A DNA stretch of 63,763 nt, counting the filler. It is 13 parts of 13 records of this genome, joined end to end, with 100 filler letters (N's around TTAATTAATTAA, not from the genome) between each part and the next. Parts side by side here need not be neighbours in the genome. Positions count along the whole stretch, not along the records: positions 46,926 to 52,530 come from SRR15195285_2511; positions 52,631 to 56,858 come from SRR15195285_2512; 11 more parts are not named here. One strand, given 5' to 3'. Positions 46,958-56,958 of this stretch are shown here, in pieces; position 1 is the first letter of the stretch; each line of letters opens with the position of its first letter. A program made the position numbers and the translations under genes. The notes beneath the pieces were generated by a model. That model had not been told where the DNA came from and ran no database searches. It was given only the letters and a program-made list of their open reading frames with translations.

Positions 46958-49357
46958 ATGGCCTTACCCGCGGGACGGACGCCGCGGCGCCGGCGGCGGG
47001 CGAGGGCGCCGATGATGGTGATGCTGACACAGCCGGAAGCCACAGTGTTCGTTGCCCTTGCCGTGATCACGGCATGCATTACGCCAGCGATGGCATTTTC
47101 GTGCGAGGGGCGCTCTGAGCTGCAGGCCTGGCATGCGCTGAGGGGGACACAGAGTGGTGGCAGCAACATGGCGGACCAACAGCTCCGAGGTGCGGACACT
47201 TCGGAGCCAGCTGCAGCACTGCTAGCGCGTGCCCACCTGGTGACGGGCACAAACAGGAGTCGCGTTAGTAGTGTGTTGCCGCTGAGCGGCGCGCGCAGCA
47301 CAAATGAAAACAGCAGCTGCCCACCTGAACCACACTTCTCAGCCCTCATGACGTCGATCAATGTCACGTACCCTGGTCTGGAAGCTGTGAGGACAGCGCT
47401 CTCAACTGGCGACAATGAGGGCGCCTGTGTCGCACTTGCGGACTACTACCGAGGAGGTCAGACGGCCATCTGGCTCCGTGCTCGAAGCATTCCCATTCCG
47501 TCAGCCCGCATGGCCGGCGGTGCGGCTGATGGCGTGTTGCGTGACCACTATTCGTTCTATGGAACTGCAGCGGACGTACCACGCCACCCTTCCGGTGCTC
47601 TCAACTGGAGTTTTTGCCCAGCGCCACAGTTCGATTCGCAGTGGATGCTTGCACTTCAGCGACACACTGCGTTCGAGACGCTCGCGCAGGCGTGGAATCG
47701 TACGGGCAACCCTGTGTACGCGCAGAAGCTGAATGACTTGATACACGATTGGGTCATTTATGCCGGTCAGGCTCCGGTGCACGTAAACAACACCTTCCGC
47801 TGCAACGGCCCGCCCGACTGGCTGACTCTTGACAGTGGTATTCGCACCAGTGGTCCATGGCCGAGTGCTTTCTTTCTCGCGCAACAAGCATCGGAGTTTA
47901 CTGCAGTTTCGCGGCTGCTGCTAGTGTCTAGCACAGTCCAGCACGCGACATACCTTTCCCTCAAGGACTCGCAATCTGCGACAGCCAACTGGGAAGCGAC
48001 TCAATGTCACGCACTAATCATCACCGCCCTGGCGTTTCCAGAGCTGCTTGGGTCGATGGAATGGCTGCGAGAAGGTTCATCTTGCATTGAGCGGCTTATG
48101 AGCACAGGAGTGTATCCAGATGGTGTCTCCACTGAGCAAACAGCAGGGTACGATCAGGTCGCGTTGCACTCGTATGACGGAATCCTAAGATTGTTCGAAG
48201 ACGCTGGCGTTGCTCCACCATCGTCACTGCGCTCTGGTGTCGAGCGCATGTACACATACCTTGCGCTCCAAATGTCTGCCGACGGTTTGCAAGTCTTGAA
48301 TGGTGATTCGGATCTGGACTCTTTGGTTTCATCAGTACGTGCTGCTGCACTTCGTTTTGATCGTGACGACTGGATGTATCTAGCGACACGAGGAGCTGAC
48401 GGTGTGCCTCCTTCACTGCACGAATATGGAAGCAACGGGTCGTGCATGTTTCCATGGGCCGGGCAGATGGTCATGCAAAGCCGATGGGGAGCCACCCTTG
48501 AGGACGAGAAAATCTGGGCCTGGTTCGATGTCGGACCATACGGCAGCTCTTGTCACTCTCACCGTGACAAGCTGCATCTGTCCGTTCGCGCATATGGCGA
48601 GCATTTGTTGGTCGATTCTGGTCGATTTGGATATGAAGGCAGCTTAGCAAAGTTCAGAGAGCGATATGGCAGCCTGACACAAGCACATAATACGCTGCAG
48701 CTGGACAATGCCGAGCAAGTTGGGGTATTGGGCTCCGCACAAGCGACCATCCCAGAGCACAGCTGGTTGATTACCCCGGACAGTGACTGTGCCTTCGCTG
48801 AAGTCGAGTTTGAAAGAATCAAGGGTCTTGCGGTGCACATGCGAGCAGTTCGCCACCTTCGACAGCACGGTGTGCTCGTTGTTGTCGACCGAGTTGCGAC
48901 GGACCGTCCGAGAAATATCACGGCGCTGTGGCATGGTCATCCAGACAGCACTATTTCGATCTCCTCACCCAGTACTGCACATGATCATCAAGAGGTGCAG
49001 GTCAAAGGTGTCAACGCTTCCTTGACACTGAGGAGCGCCACTGGCAGTTGTGGGTGGCAGTCATTGGACCAAGTGACTGGCATCGGAAATGTTGCGACAG
49101 GCGTTGGCTTGCAAGGATGGTACAGTCCGAAGTACGACACCAAAAGCCCAGCACCAGTCGCCATCACTCATACTCGCATTGATGGGAACGCGACATTTGT
49201 TTGGGTGATTGCGACAAGCAACACTGTTCTACCACCGGTGGTGCAGGCAACTGTGATAGGCAGTGTACATGATTCCAAGCGCGTGCAGGTCGATGTCGCT
49301 ATAGATGGTAGTGCCTTGGGCGTGGTGGACGTACCTGTTTCAACGTGCGCAGGTTAG
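46958..49357 (+). CDS. Heparinase II/III-family polysaccharide lyase (alpha/alpha toroid plus beta sandwich)
   Basis: WLTLDSGIR, NWEATQ, DGVSTEQTAGY, HSHRDKLHL, LLVDSGRFGY, TQAHNTL; hydrophobic N-terminal segment. Confidence 0.87.
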   Translation: MALPAGRTPRRRRRARAPMMVMLTQPEATVFVALAVITACITPAMAFSCEGRSELQAWHALRGTQSGGSNMADQQLRGADTSEPAAALLARAHLVTGTNRSRVSSVLPLSGARSTNENSSCPPEPHFSALMTSINVTYPGLEAVRTALSTGDNEGACVALADYYRGGQTAIWLRARSIPIPSARMAGGAADGVLRDHYSFYGTAADVPRHPSGALNWSFCPAPQFDSQWMLALQRHTAFETLAQAWNRTGNPVYAQKLNDLIHDWVIYAGQAPVHVNNTFRCNGPPDWLTLDSGIRTSGPWPSAFFLAQQASEFTAVSRLLLVSSTVQHATYLSLKDSQSATANWEATQCHALIITALAFPELLGSMEWLREGSSCIERLMSTGVYPDGVSTEQTAGYDQVALHSYDGILRLFEDAGVAPPSSLRSGVERMYTYLALQMSADGLQVLNGDSDLDSLVSSVRAAALRFDRDDWMYLATRGADGVPPSLHEYGSNGSCMFPWAGQMVMQSRWGATLEDEKIWAWFDVGPYGSSCHSHRDKLHLSVRAYGEHLLVDSGRFGYEGSLAKFRERYGSLTQAHNTLQLDNAEQVGVLGSAQATIPEHSWLITPDSDCAFAEVEFERIKGLAVHMRAVRHLRQHGVLVVVDRVATDRPRNITALWHGHPDSTISISSPSTAHDHQEVQVKGVNASLTLRSATGSCGWQSLDQVTGIGNVATGVGLQGWYSPKYDTKSPAPVAITHTRIDGNATFVWVIATSNTVLPPVVQATVIGSVHDSKRVQVDVAIDGSALGVVDVPVSTCAG

Positions 49358-50182
49358 ATCTCTCAGCGTGCTTCCCAGAAGCAATGTGAAGCGAAATCAA
49401 GAGCTATGAGGCTCAGCATGAATTGTTCAATCCATGCACATTTGAGACACAGTTTGACCGCTTCTCGACAGACATCTTCTTCCCCCCCTCGCCTCACCGC
49501 CCCATCCCAGCACCCATTTCAGCCACCCTCGCGTGTGAGGGCCCGTGACACCGGATGCGTCAGTGCGCTGATGCAAGCCGCGGGAGCATCCCAACTTAAC
49601 GTCCGAGACGGCGAGGGTCTCTCGCGGCGGATTACGTCCTTTTCGCGCTGGCTGAGGTAGAGGCGTCAGCGAGAGCAGAGCTGGAAAAGGCCGAAGAAGA
49701 CCATTTCTCGTGGATCCGAGACCTAGAAACAAACCATCAAGAGGTACTGGAGGCCCTGGAAGAGGCGCACACCGCGGCCCTCGAAGAGGCGACACGTTTG
49801 GGTACCGCTGAAGCGGCACATCAGTTGCAAGCTACAGCGAGCAAGCTGTGGGACGTGGAGATGACAGCGCAGGCGGCGGAGGAAAGAACGAAAGAGGTTG
49901 AAGTAGCAATGAGTCAACGGTACGAGGAAGAGCTTACGCTACAGCGTGCAGCGTTAGCTCAAGCACAGACACAGGCAGAACATCGAGATAAGTGTTGATA
50001 TCACAGGTGTGAATATCTTGGAGCAAGAGTTGTCGGCAATGCTGGCAGCGCCGAGTGCGTGACAGCTGAGTGTCTCGTGGCACTGCTTGAGGCACAATCA
50101 TGCCAGCCAGACGTTTCGACGGGCATCTAGGCCTCTGCAGAGTATCAACACCAATGGTCAATTCAACTCTTGTCAGAGCCGC

Positions 50183-52411
50183 TTACTTCGTCCATATCGC
50201 CCAGTGCAGTGGGCGCTGAGCAAGACCATTCTGCCACGCAATCGTGAGTGTTCCACCGGCAGCCACGCGTGCTGTGCCCACCTGATGCGTCGTGAAGCCT
50301 TCCGCACCAGTGCAGTGGCAATCCAGGACGTTGTCCAAAATAACGCACGTGCCTGCGTCCCATTTTCCTGCATCATGCGGGAACAGCTTCGCGTCACCGC
50401 CACCATTCGTCACGAGCACATCAATCGTCGGAGACAGGTTGCTGTGCTGCGTCCATGTGCCGTTCAGCTGAGTGGGCGTGACTGGTGGTCCTGGCGGCGC
50501 AGGGGCCGGGCCCGGAGGAATGGGTGGAGTCGGAGGACGTGGTGGCGGTGGGACGGGTGGGTTCGCTGGAATGGCAGGGCACGCAGGCCGCGCTTTTGTG
50601 CCCAGTGACCCGCTCATGCTGCTGCTAAGAACCTTGATGAGAATTCCAGGGTCGCTGATCTCAGTTGGCGATGACTGGGCGCTCCGCCCAACCTCGTCGA
50701 TCAAGCCACCCGGCACGAATAAAGCTGTCCTGCCGCTGCCAGCATCACACCAAGCAACCTGCTCGGAGACGTCGACCGCCTTATCTCCTGCCAAATCTTG
50801 CATCCATACATCATGGCGCGTGGCAGGCTTGCCGTCTTGCTGCCATACCACAGTTAACGCCTCAAACTGCCCGAACACACCGATCGAAGCCTCCGCTACA
50901 AAAGCCCCTGCCCACAGAGTGACATTAGCGCGTGGCATAATCCACCCACCGTATGAGTCGAGTGTTCTCCCGAGCGCGGCGACTGCCAGGGCGCCATTGG
51001 GGTGTTTGCTCGCTACCACCCATGGCGCGACACCGGCACATGTGCTGTCCGCTGGCACAACTGTCGGAAGGTAGTCCAAGCCACGGACGACTCTCGCTGG
51101 GGCGCCCTGATTCAGTACTCTTCCCCATGCCCCACTGTACCAGGTGTCTGACTTGTTGAGCGTCATGCTGTCAGTCAATGGCGCAGGATCCAGCACAACC
51201 TTACCCGCCGCTTTTGTCTCGTAGTCGTAAGCTCCAGTTGGTGGCGCGATGCGGAACCAGCGGACGGCCCGGGTCACCTCGTCCATTCGACGAGGCAGAT
51301 TGCGGTTTCCATTGATCTGAGTGTCGCCAATAAGTTGCGGCAGAGGATGACGCATCCCTGCGAGCGCTCCCGACAGCCCAGCAGCCATGTACGCCTCATC
51401 TTGTGGTGCGATGACCGATCTGGCTCCAGGCACGACTGGGACGGTGCGGTTTTGCGCAGCCGAAGCAGCTAGCACGCCAGCGAACCTGTCCAAGCACGTA
51501 GGCACCGAAAACTGACATACGATGTCGTCTGTGCGCAGCACATCAGTCACAGAGAGGAGCTCTGTGAGGGCTGAAATGTAGCCAGCAGGTGCGCGGCCAT
51601 CTGTCTTCCAATCTCCGTTGAGTGGCTCACCCGGCGACTTCTTGTGCTCCACCCGGAGCCGCCCACCGGTCGCGTTCGCGGCCGCAGCTGTCACAGTGCC
51701 CGCAATGTCGGTGCCATCGACTTTGATGTATGAGACGCCAGCATCTGCCAGACCTTCCAGCTGCCTGTCAAACGAAGGCTCGGCACTGGCTGTACCTGGT
51801 ACACCAAGCAGGCCGTGATGCCAAACACCAAGCCCAGCCCAGCCCGCCTCACGCGTGCGATCTACCAACGCTCTAGCCGCAGCTTGCCACTGCCCTGACG
51901 CGTTGCACGAGGTCTGGTTGCACTCAGCTGAGAACTTCGTGCTGTCCAGCTGCCACTGCTGCGGGTACGCAATCGGCTTCTCAAACCAAGTGTCATCTAG
52001 GACGAGCTTCAAATCCGCGCGCGCCACAGGGAAGAAGTGTGTAGCCCACCCACAGCCAGGGCAGCCGGCTCCAACTTCGCCCTCTCCGAACAGCTGCAGG
52101 TCGCCCATCGCCGCACCACCAAGGGGACTGTTCTTCGGGTAGTTCTGGACATACCAGGTGGTCCAGTAGGACAGTGGGTCTTTTGTCGGCGTAGTGGGCA
52201 CGAAATTGCGTGCTGCATATGGCGCTGCTACAGCGCTGGCTGATGCTTCGTCATGCGGGGCCACCGCAGATAGTATTACCGCGAGGAGCCGCTGACTCAC
52301 TTGGATCGATCCCGGCATCTGAGCGTGCAAGTGCCACCACCGACGGCACCACCACCACAGCAGCAGGCCGAGCGCGTATACACGCAGAGTATACCTGCTA
52401 GGCCATGACAA
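50183..52411 (-). CDS. Secreted unclassified glycoside hydrolase-like protein (clan GH-D-like motifs) with Pro-rich linker and C-terminal beta module
   Basis: YWTTWYVQ, LVLDDTW, GWAGLGVW and YIKVDG resemble GH27/36 barrel strands; PPVPPPPRPPTPP linker. Confidence 0.55.
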   Translation of the reverse strand: MSWPSRYTLRVYALGLLLWWWCRRWWHLHAQMPGSIQVSQRLLAVILSAVAPHDEASASAVAAPYAARNFVPTTPTKDPLSYWTTWYVQNYPKNSPLGGAAMGDLQLFGEGEVGAGCPGCGWATHFFPVARADLKLVLDDTWFEKPIAYPQQWQLDSTKFSAECNQTSCNASGQWQAAARALVDRTREAGWAGLGVWHHGLLGVPGTASAEPSFDRQLEGLADAGVSYIKVDGTDIAGTVTAAAANATGGRLRVEHKKSPGEPLNGDWKTDGRAPAGYISALTELLSVTDVLRTDDIVCQFSVPTCLDRFAGVLAASAAQNRTVPVVPGARSVIAPQDEAYMAAGLSGALAGMRHPLPQLIGDTQINGNRNLPRRMDEVTRAVRWFRIAPPTGAYDYETKAAGKVVLDPAPLTDSMTLNKSDTWYSGAWGRVLNQGAPARVVRGLDYLPTVVPADSTCAGVAPWVVASKHPNGALAVAALGRTLDSYGGWIMPRANVTLWAGAFVAEASIGVFGQFEALTVVWQQDGKPATRHDVWMQDLAGDKAVDVSEQVAWCDAGSGRTALFVPGGLIDEVGRSAQSSPTEISDPGILIKVLSSSMSGSLGTKARPACPAIPANPPVPPPPRPPTPPIPPGPAPAPPGPPVTPTQLNGTWTQHSNLSPTIDVLVTNGGGDAKLFPHDAGKWDAGTCVILDNVLDCHCTGAEGFTTHQVGTARVAAGGTLTIAWQNGLAQRPLHWAIWTK

Positions 52412-52997
52412 TGTGCCGCTTAGCGCGGTCGGGCACCCAGTCCACCGGACCGGGCTGTCAGCGCAAAACTCCAGGAGCGTTCATACAAATGACCCAGTCC
52501 ATCTTCGCTCAGGGCCGGAATTCAGGCTGTNNNNNNNNNNNNNNNNNNNNNNNNNNNNNNNNNNNNNNNNNNNNTTAATTAATTAANNNNNNNNNNNNNN
52601 NNNNNNNNNNNNNNNNNNNNNNNNNNNNNNACTGGGCACTTGGCCAAGTGCCCAGTGTCAGTTGGTGGGTGCCTTGGTGCGCTTTCTCAAGGATTGTGAC
52701 ATGGTGGATGTCCAGTATGAGCTCAAGTATTGGGACCCAGTGGACTGTGGAGAGCTGGGACAGACCTCCCAGAGTGAACCAACGAAGTATTTCGTTTTTC
52801 TCGTCTACATGTAACACACTCGTCAAATAGGCGCTGGCTCAGACTCAGGTAGCTGAGAATCGATTCAGTATGAGTCTGGAGGCAACAACTCGTAGAACTC
52901 TTTACCTACCAGCCCGTGATTCGACGTTGGCGAGTCAAGAAACTGGCGACCACAAAAAACAGGCTTGAGTGCCAACTAACTTGCCGGTCCTCGCCGT

Positions 52998-55900
52998 CTA
53001 TTGGTGGCTTTGCTCACCCTGCCCAACACAAGCCGCGAACCACGCCGCGAGCCGGGCCAGAGGCCCTTGGGGAACATCCGTATTAGGCTCATGCAGTAGA
53101 CTTTCTTCTCCGTCAACGGTCAAGCCACGGCGTCCACGATGCCAGCGACGTGTAGCCTGAGCCGCCGTTGCCTCCACAACATCTTCCACTTCTATTGTCT
53201 CTCGCTGAAGCTGGTGGTGTCGTCGCTGGCTAGCGAGAACCTCTGCTAGATTGAAAGATATCACAACGGCTGGCTCAACATCGGCCCACGCCGCCTCGAT
53301 CACAGAAGCAACCCCTTCCACGATGGCATCGTCGCAATCATCTCCCAGGGGCGAGGCTATCACCGTTGTCTGTTCCGATTCCATCTCACCCCAGTTGCCA
53401 GCACCAACTCTGTACGGGTTGAGGTCGCGTTCGACGGGTTCCACTGCAAGTTCACCATTCGTCGCGTGCATTGCACTTACGGCTTGCAAGTCCTGAAGCT
53501 TCTGAGCTGGCTCAACCACCGGTACTTTTTCATCGTAGAGCTCGAACCAAGGGAGTCCAGCGTCCGTGTAGCTCTGAGCGGAGACAGGGGTGCTCGGCAT
53601 CGGCTTTCCAGTCACAGCTGTCCAATCACGAGAGTTGACGATGTGGACAAAGCACCGCGACGCTCGCTCGGTATCGTACCAGCGTGGACCCTTTTGATCA
53701 GCATAGATCTTTTGTGAGATGCGCCCGCCGACTGCCATACCCATCATTCGCGGGATCCCATCTTGCCCATCAGAGGTGTTGTGGACCAACACGCCGCCAG
53801 CAAAGTAGCAGTGGCTATCGGCAACCTCCATGTTGTATACAGTTTGGATTTGCCCGTCCTTGTCAAACTGCTCGATGCTCGTGATTGTGCCACATGATCC
53901 GTTGGTTGCAAGCAGCTGATCGCCCTTCTGCATCGATTCCTGGGCAGGCTGCGATGAGTAGTCTGAGGTGTCGTGAGTCTGCGATGGACTGTGGGCACCC
54001 CAGCATCCGCGCTCTGGTAGCCAGAAAGGGTGGTTGGCCGTGCAAAATATCTCAGTGGCTGTCTCCTCATCGTCACCACCAGTGTCGGCGTGCTGGTGAT
54101 GGTCGCACATCGCTACGGACAGCTTTACGATCTTGTTTGATTGCTTGGTGTAGGTCCGAACGACCGTCTGATCGCACGCCTTGTTCTTGCCCACATCCCA
54201 GCTTAGCACGGCGTCGCCCGCTTGGACGAGCTCGATAGCCTTGGTGCTGCCATCAGCCATTGTGATCGGTGTGCCTGCCAGGAAGCAGCCACCACGCAGA
54301 CGGAGTACCAGGTGGAGAGTAGACTCTCCACTCCACGTTTGGATGTCGTAGTCGGCCAGGGTACGGCCATCCTCAAGCTGCTTGCCTGCGAAGATCAGGC
54401 GCTGCTGGTCCGGCGGAATTCCCTCCTTGTCCTGTATCCTCGCCTTGACCTCCTCGATCGAGTCGGAGCCCTTGACCTCCAGGGTGATTGTCTTGCCCTC
54501 CAGGGTCTTCACGAGGATGATACCATCATATGCGAGTGTTGCTCCATCGCACAGACCGACATCAGCTAGCGTCAGCTGGTCGATGCCGAGCCTAGGAGAG
54601 GCAAGCATGATGGTCGCGCCAATCTTTAACCCCAGCTCTGAAGGTGTTCGGCATTGCGGAAGGTGAGATTTGCGTCGGTCTTGCTCTGATGTGGACCACC
54701 ACTCCGCGTCGGTCCTCATCAGAGGATACGCCTCTAGCTGCAGCCCACCCCACTTTTCATCGCCTGTGACTTGTCCTTCAACCGTGTAACCACAGCCAAG
54801 TGGCATGGCCGTCATCTGCCGGACTACACCCTCGCTTGCGTAAACCCCGTCCAGCCACGGTTGATTAGGCGCCAGCCAGTCCTGCTTCTCCGTGTCGCTT
54901 CCGAGCGAGCCAGATGTGAAGCGGTCCCCCGTGACTGCATTTACCATCCCCATCCCAAGCTTCAGAGCGGCGCCCTTGGAGCATCTGGATGATATGCTAA
55001 GCCACATGGCCTCCTGCTGAAACATCGGAAGGACAACACCACCTCGCCGCGCCATCTCCGCGGGCAGGCCGGGGCAGTCACCAGCCCGCACAAGCTCGAA
55101 GCTTCCCATTCCAGGCGGCAGCGGGTACTCTTTGTCGGTCTCTGGCACTCGCAGAGTGCGCTGAAAACTGATGGATGGCCCGTCGCTGAATTGCAACGAG
55201 TTGTCATGCAACTCCACGGTTGACTGGCTAGCCGAGAGTCCGGTCGTATCGTTGCCATGACGCCTATTCATCAGACTGTTGTAAAACCGAAGCAGCGTCA
55301 TATCCGCCGGCATGCGAAGGGCGCCTTCATCGAAGCACGGCACGCTGCCCGCCGATCCGACCGCCACCGTCAACGGCCGAAGGCGATCAATCTCGTTGAG
55401 GGGCCTGCCATCGAGAGCCTCCCCTTGGGTAGTGCTATCGCTCAGCTGTATCAGCTGTCGACCCCAAGGACGAAGAGTGTAGCCGAGCTTCTCCCCGGCA
55501 ATGCGATACAGATCGGCCACTGTGGTGCCTGCTGATGCTGTCACTTGAACCGCGCCTCTGGCGCCACTGAGCTGCTTGATGGTGATCTGCATTCGCGGAG
55601 TTTGATCATGATCTGCAATCACGCCCCAATAACCATTGCACAAAGAAAGGTGGCCTCGTACGCGTCGCGAGGGCATACTAGGGCATGGCTCGTTGCTCGG
55701 CAGCCGCAGCTCGTTCTGACCGTGTGCCAGCCGCAGGTCGCCGTGACCGTCCGGGCGACCCTCAGCCCAAATACCATGGTATGAGCTGCCGTCGCCAGTG
55801 ATCAGGGTACCCTTGCCGTGCTGCTTGTCGCCCTTCCAGTTGCCTTCGTACTTCGACGAGTTGTCAGCGTACACGTGCATACCGTAGCCCTCCTTGGCAT

Positions 55901-56219
55901 CCTGAACCCACTCACCCTCGTAGCGATCCCCCGCGGGCATCGCGAGCGACCCGCGACCGTGCATCTGGCCGTCGACCCACTCGCCCTCGTAGATCCCGCC
56001 GTCGGCGTACTCGTAGCGACCCAGGCCGTGCATCTTGCCTTCGACCCAGTCACCGACGTATTTCTCAGTCGAGCCGTCGTCGGCAGGTGCGTACGTAACA
56101 ACGCCCTTGCCGTGGGGCTTGTCCTCGCGCCACTCGCCGTCGTACACATCACCGTTGTGGTAGGTGTATACACCCTTGCCGTGCATCACCGACTTGTTGT
56201 TCCAGGCAACCCGGTACAT
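52998..56219 (-). CDS. MORN-repeat / UBL / conserved uncharacterised domain protein with nested ubiquitin-Hint(intein) insertion
   Basis: MORN repeats (YxGxWxxGxxHGxG); UBL from [10 protein letters not shown] (55592); [10 protein letters not shown]...PLPPG...QPWLDG...GGLQLEAYP; ubiquitin 54288-54521; Hint 53778-54287; [14 protein letters not shown]...[10 protein letters not shown]. The true start is probably in an upstream exon. Confidence 0.9.
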   Translation of the reverse strand: MYRVAWNNKSVMHGKGVYTYHNGDVYDGEWREDKPHGKGVVTYAPADDGSTEKYVGDWVEGKMHGLGRYEYADGGIYEGEWVDGQMHGRGSLAMPAGDRYEGEWVQDAKEGYGMHVYADNSSKYEGNWKGDKQHGKGTLITGDGSSYHGIWAEGRPDGHGDLRLAHGQNELRLPSNEPCPSMPSRRVRGHLSLCNGYWGVIADHDQTPRMQITIKQLSGARGAVQVTASAGTTVADLYRIAGEKLGYTLRPWGRQLIQLSDSTTQGEALDGRPLNEIDRLRPLTVAVGSAGSVPCFDEGALRMPADMTLLRFYNSLMNRRHGNDTTGLSASQSTVELHDNSLQFSDGPSISFQRTLRVPETDKEYPLPPGMGSFELVRAGDCPGLPAEMARRGGVVLPMFQQEAMWLSISSRCSKGAALKLGMGMVNAVTGDRFTSGSLGSDTEKQDWLAPNQPWLDGVYASEGVVRQMTAMPLGCGYTVEGQVTGDEKWGGLQLEAYPLMRTDAEWWSTSEQDRRKSHLPQCRTPSELGLKIGATIMLASPRLGIDQLTLADVGLCDGATLAYDGIILVKTLEGKTITLEVKGSDSIEEVKARIQDKEGIPPDQQRLIFAGKQLEDGRTLADYDIQTWSGESTLHLVLRLRGGCFLAGTPITMADGSTKAIELVQAGDAVLSWDVGKNKACDQTVVRTYTKQSNKIVKLSVAMCDHHQHADTGGDDEETATEIFCTANHPFWLPERGCWGAHSPSQTHDTSDYSSQPAQESMQKGDQLLATNGSCGTITSIEQFDKDGQIQTVYNMEVADSHCYFAGGVLVHNTSDGQDGIPRMMGMAVGGRISQKIYADQKGPRWYDTERASRCFVHIVNSRDWTAVTGKPMPSTPVSAQSYTDAGLPWFELYDEKVPVVEPAQKLQDLQAVSAMHATNGELAVEPVERDLNPYRVGAGNWGEMESEQTTVIASPLGDDCDDAIVEGVASVIEAAWADVEPAVVISFNLAEVLASQRRHHQLQRETIEVEDVVEATAAQATRRWHRGRRGLTVDGEESLLHEPNTDVPQGPLARLAAWFAACVGQGEQSHQ
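53778..54287 (-). mobile_element. Hint domain / mini-intein (170 aa, no endonuclease)
   Basis: Block [28 protein letters not shown]; block [11 protein letters not shown]; block [18 protein letters not shown]; block G VLVHN followed by Thr. Confidence 0.93.
54288..54521 (-). other. Ubiquitin domain ending LRLRGG
   Basis: [16 protein letters not shown]...[27 protein letters not shown]...[12 protein letters not shown]. Confidence 0.97.
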
Positions 56220-56958
56220 GTCTCCTGCGAGGGAAGCAAAGCACCTTTGCAGCCCGTGCTGTTGGCGCCGTGGTTTCCAGTTCGCCTTGCTGTGGGCTCT
56301 GTACTAGTAGACAGTGTGCTTGTCGGTAGTGGCAGTCCTGCCCGCGGCAAGGCGCTCCTCTGCCAGCGCGAGCTAGGCGCCGCGATAGGCGGTGCTCCAC
56401 CGTGAGTTGGGGGTTGTTGTAGTGGTGCACCCAGACAGTTCTGTCCGCGTCGGGCGGGCAACACATCGTTGTTGTGCTCGGGCAACACAATTCGTTCCTG
56501 GTCGCCTTGCCAGTGCCGCACGCGGCGTGGGGCGTGCGCGTCACTGCGCGTGGCCGGCGCGTCCGCGGGCAACACACACGGTGCGCGCGCGGCCATCGGG
56601 CATCGGCCATCGCGGACGTGTAGAGCTTTACCGTACCTTTACGCATGTAGGTTACGCTTGTGTTCATTTATACAGAATGCAGAATACATTGAGGGCAACA
56701 CACGTGATCACAGGGTGTCACATTTGTTTTAGCGCGCAGATTAGAAGATCACAAGTCACAAATGCTATACCGGTACTAGATCTAGTACATGTGTGTTCTG
56801 TGTACTGCATCACTTCTTTCTCACACGGTCATAAACCCCGCTGTGTATAAGCTTGGTTNNNNNNNNNNNNNNNNNNNNNNNNNNNNNNNNNNNNNNNNNN
56901 NNTTAATTAATTAANNNNNNNNNNNNNNNNNNNNNNNNNNNNNNNNNNNNNNNNNNNN

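Noticed and set aside
53778-54287. Hint domain as Hedgehog/Hog or as a homing intein
   Set aside because: It ends in His-Asn plus Thr with no sterol-recognition region, and 170 aa leaves no room for a LAGLIDADG or HNH endonuclease
54288-54521. Ordinary polyubiquitin or ubiquitin-ribosomal fusion gene
   Set aside because: Single diverged internal copy with no initiating Met, followed by a Hint domain rather than Ub, eL40 or eS31
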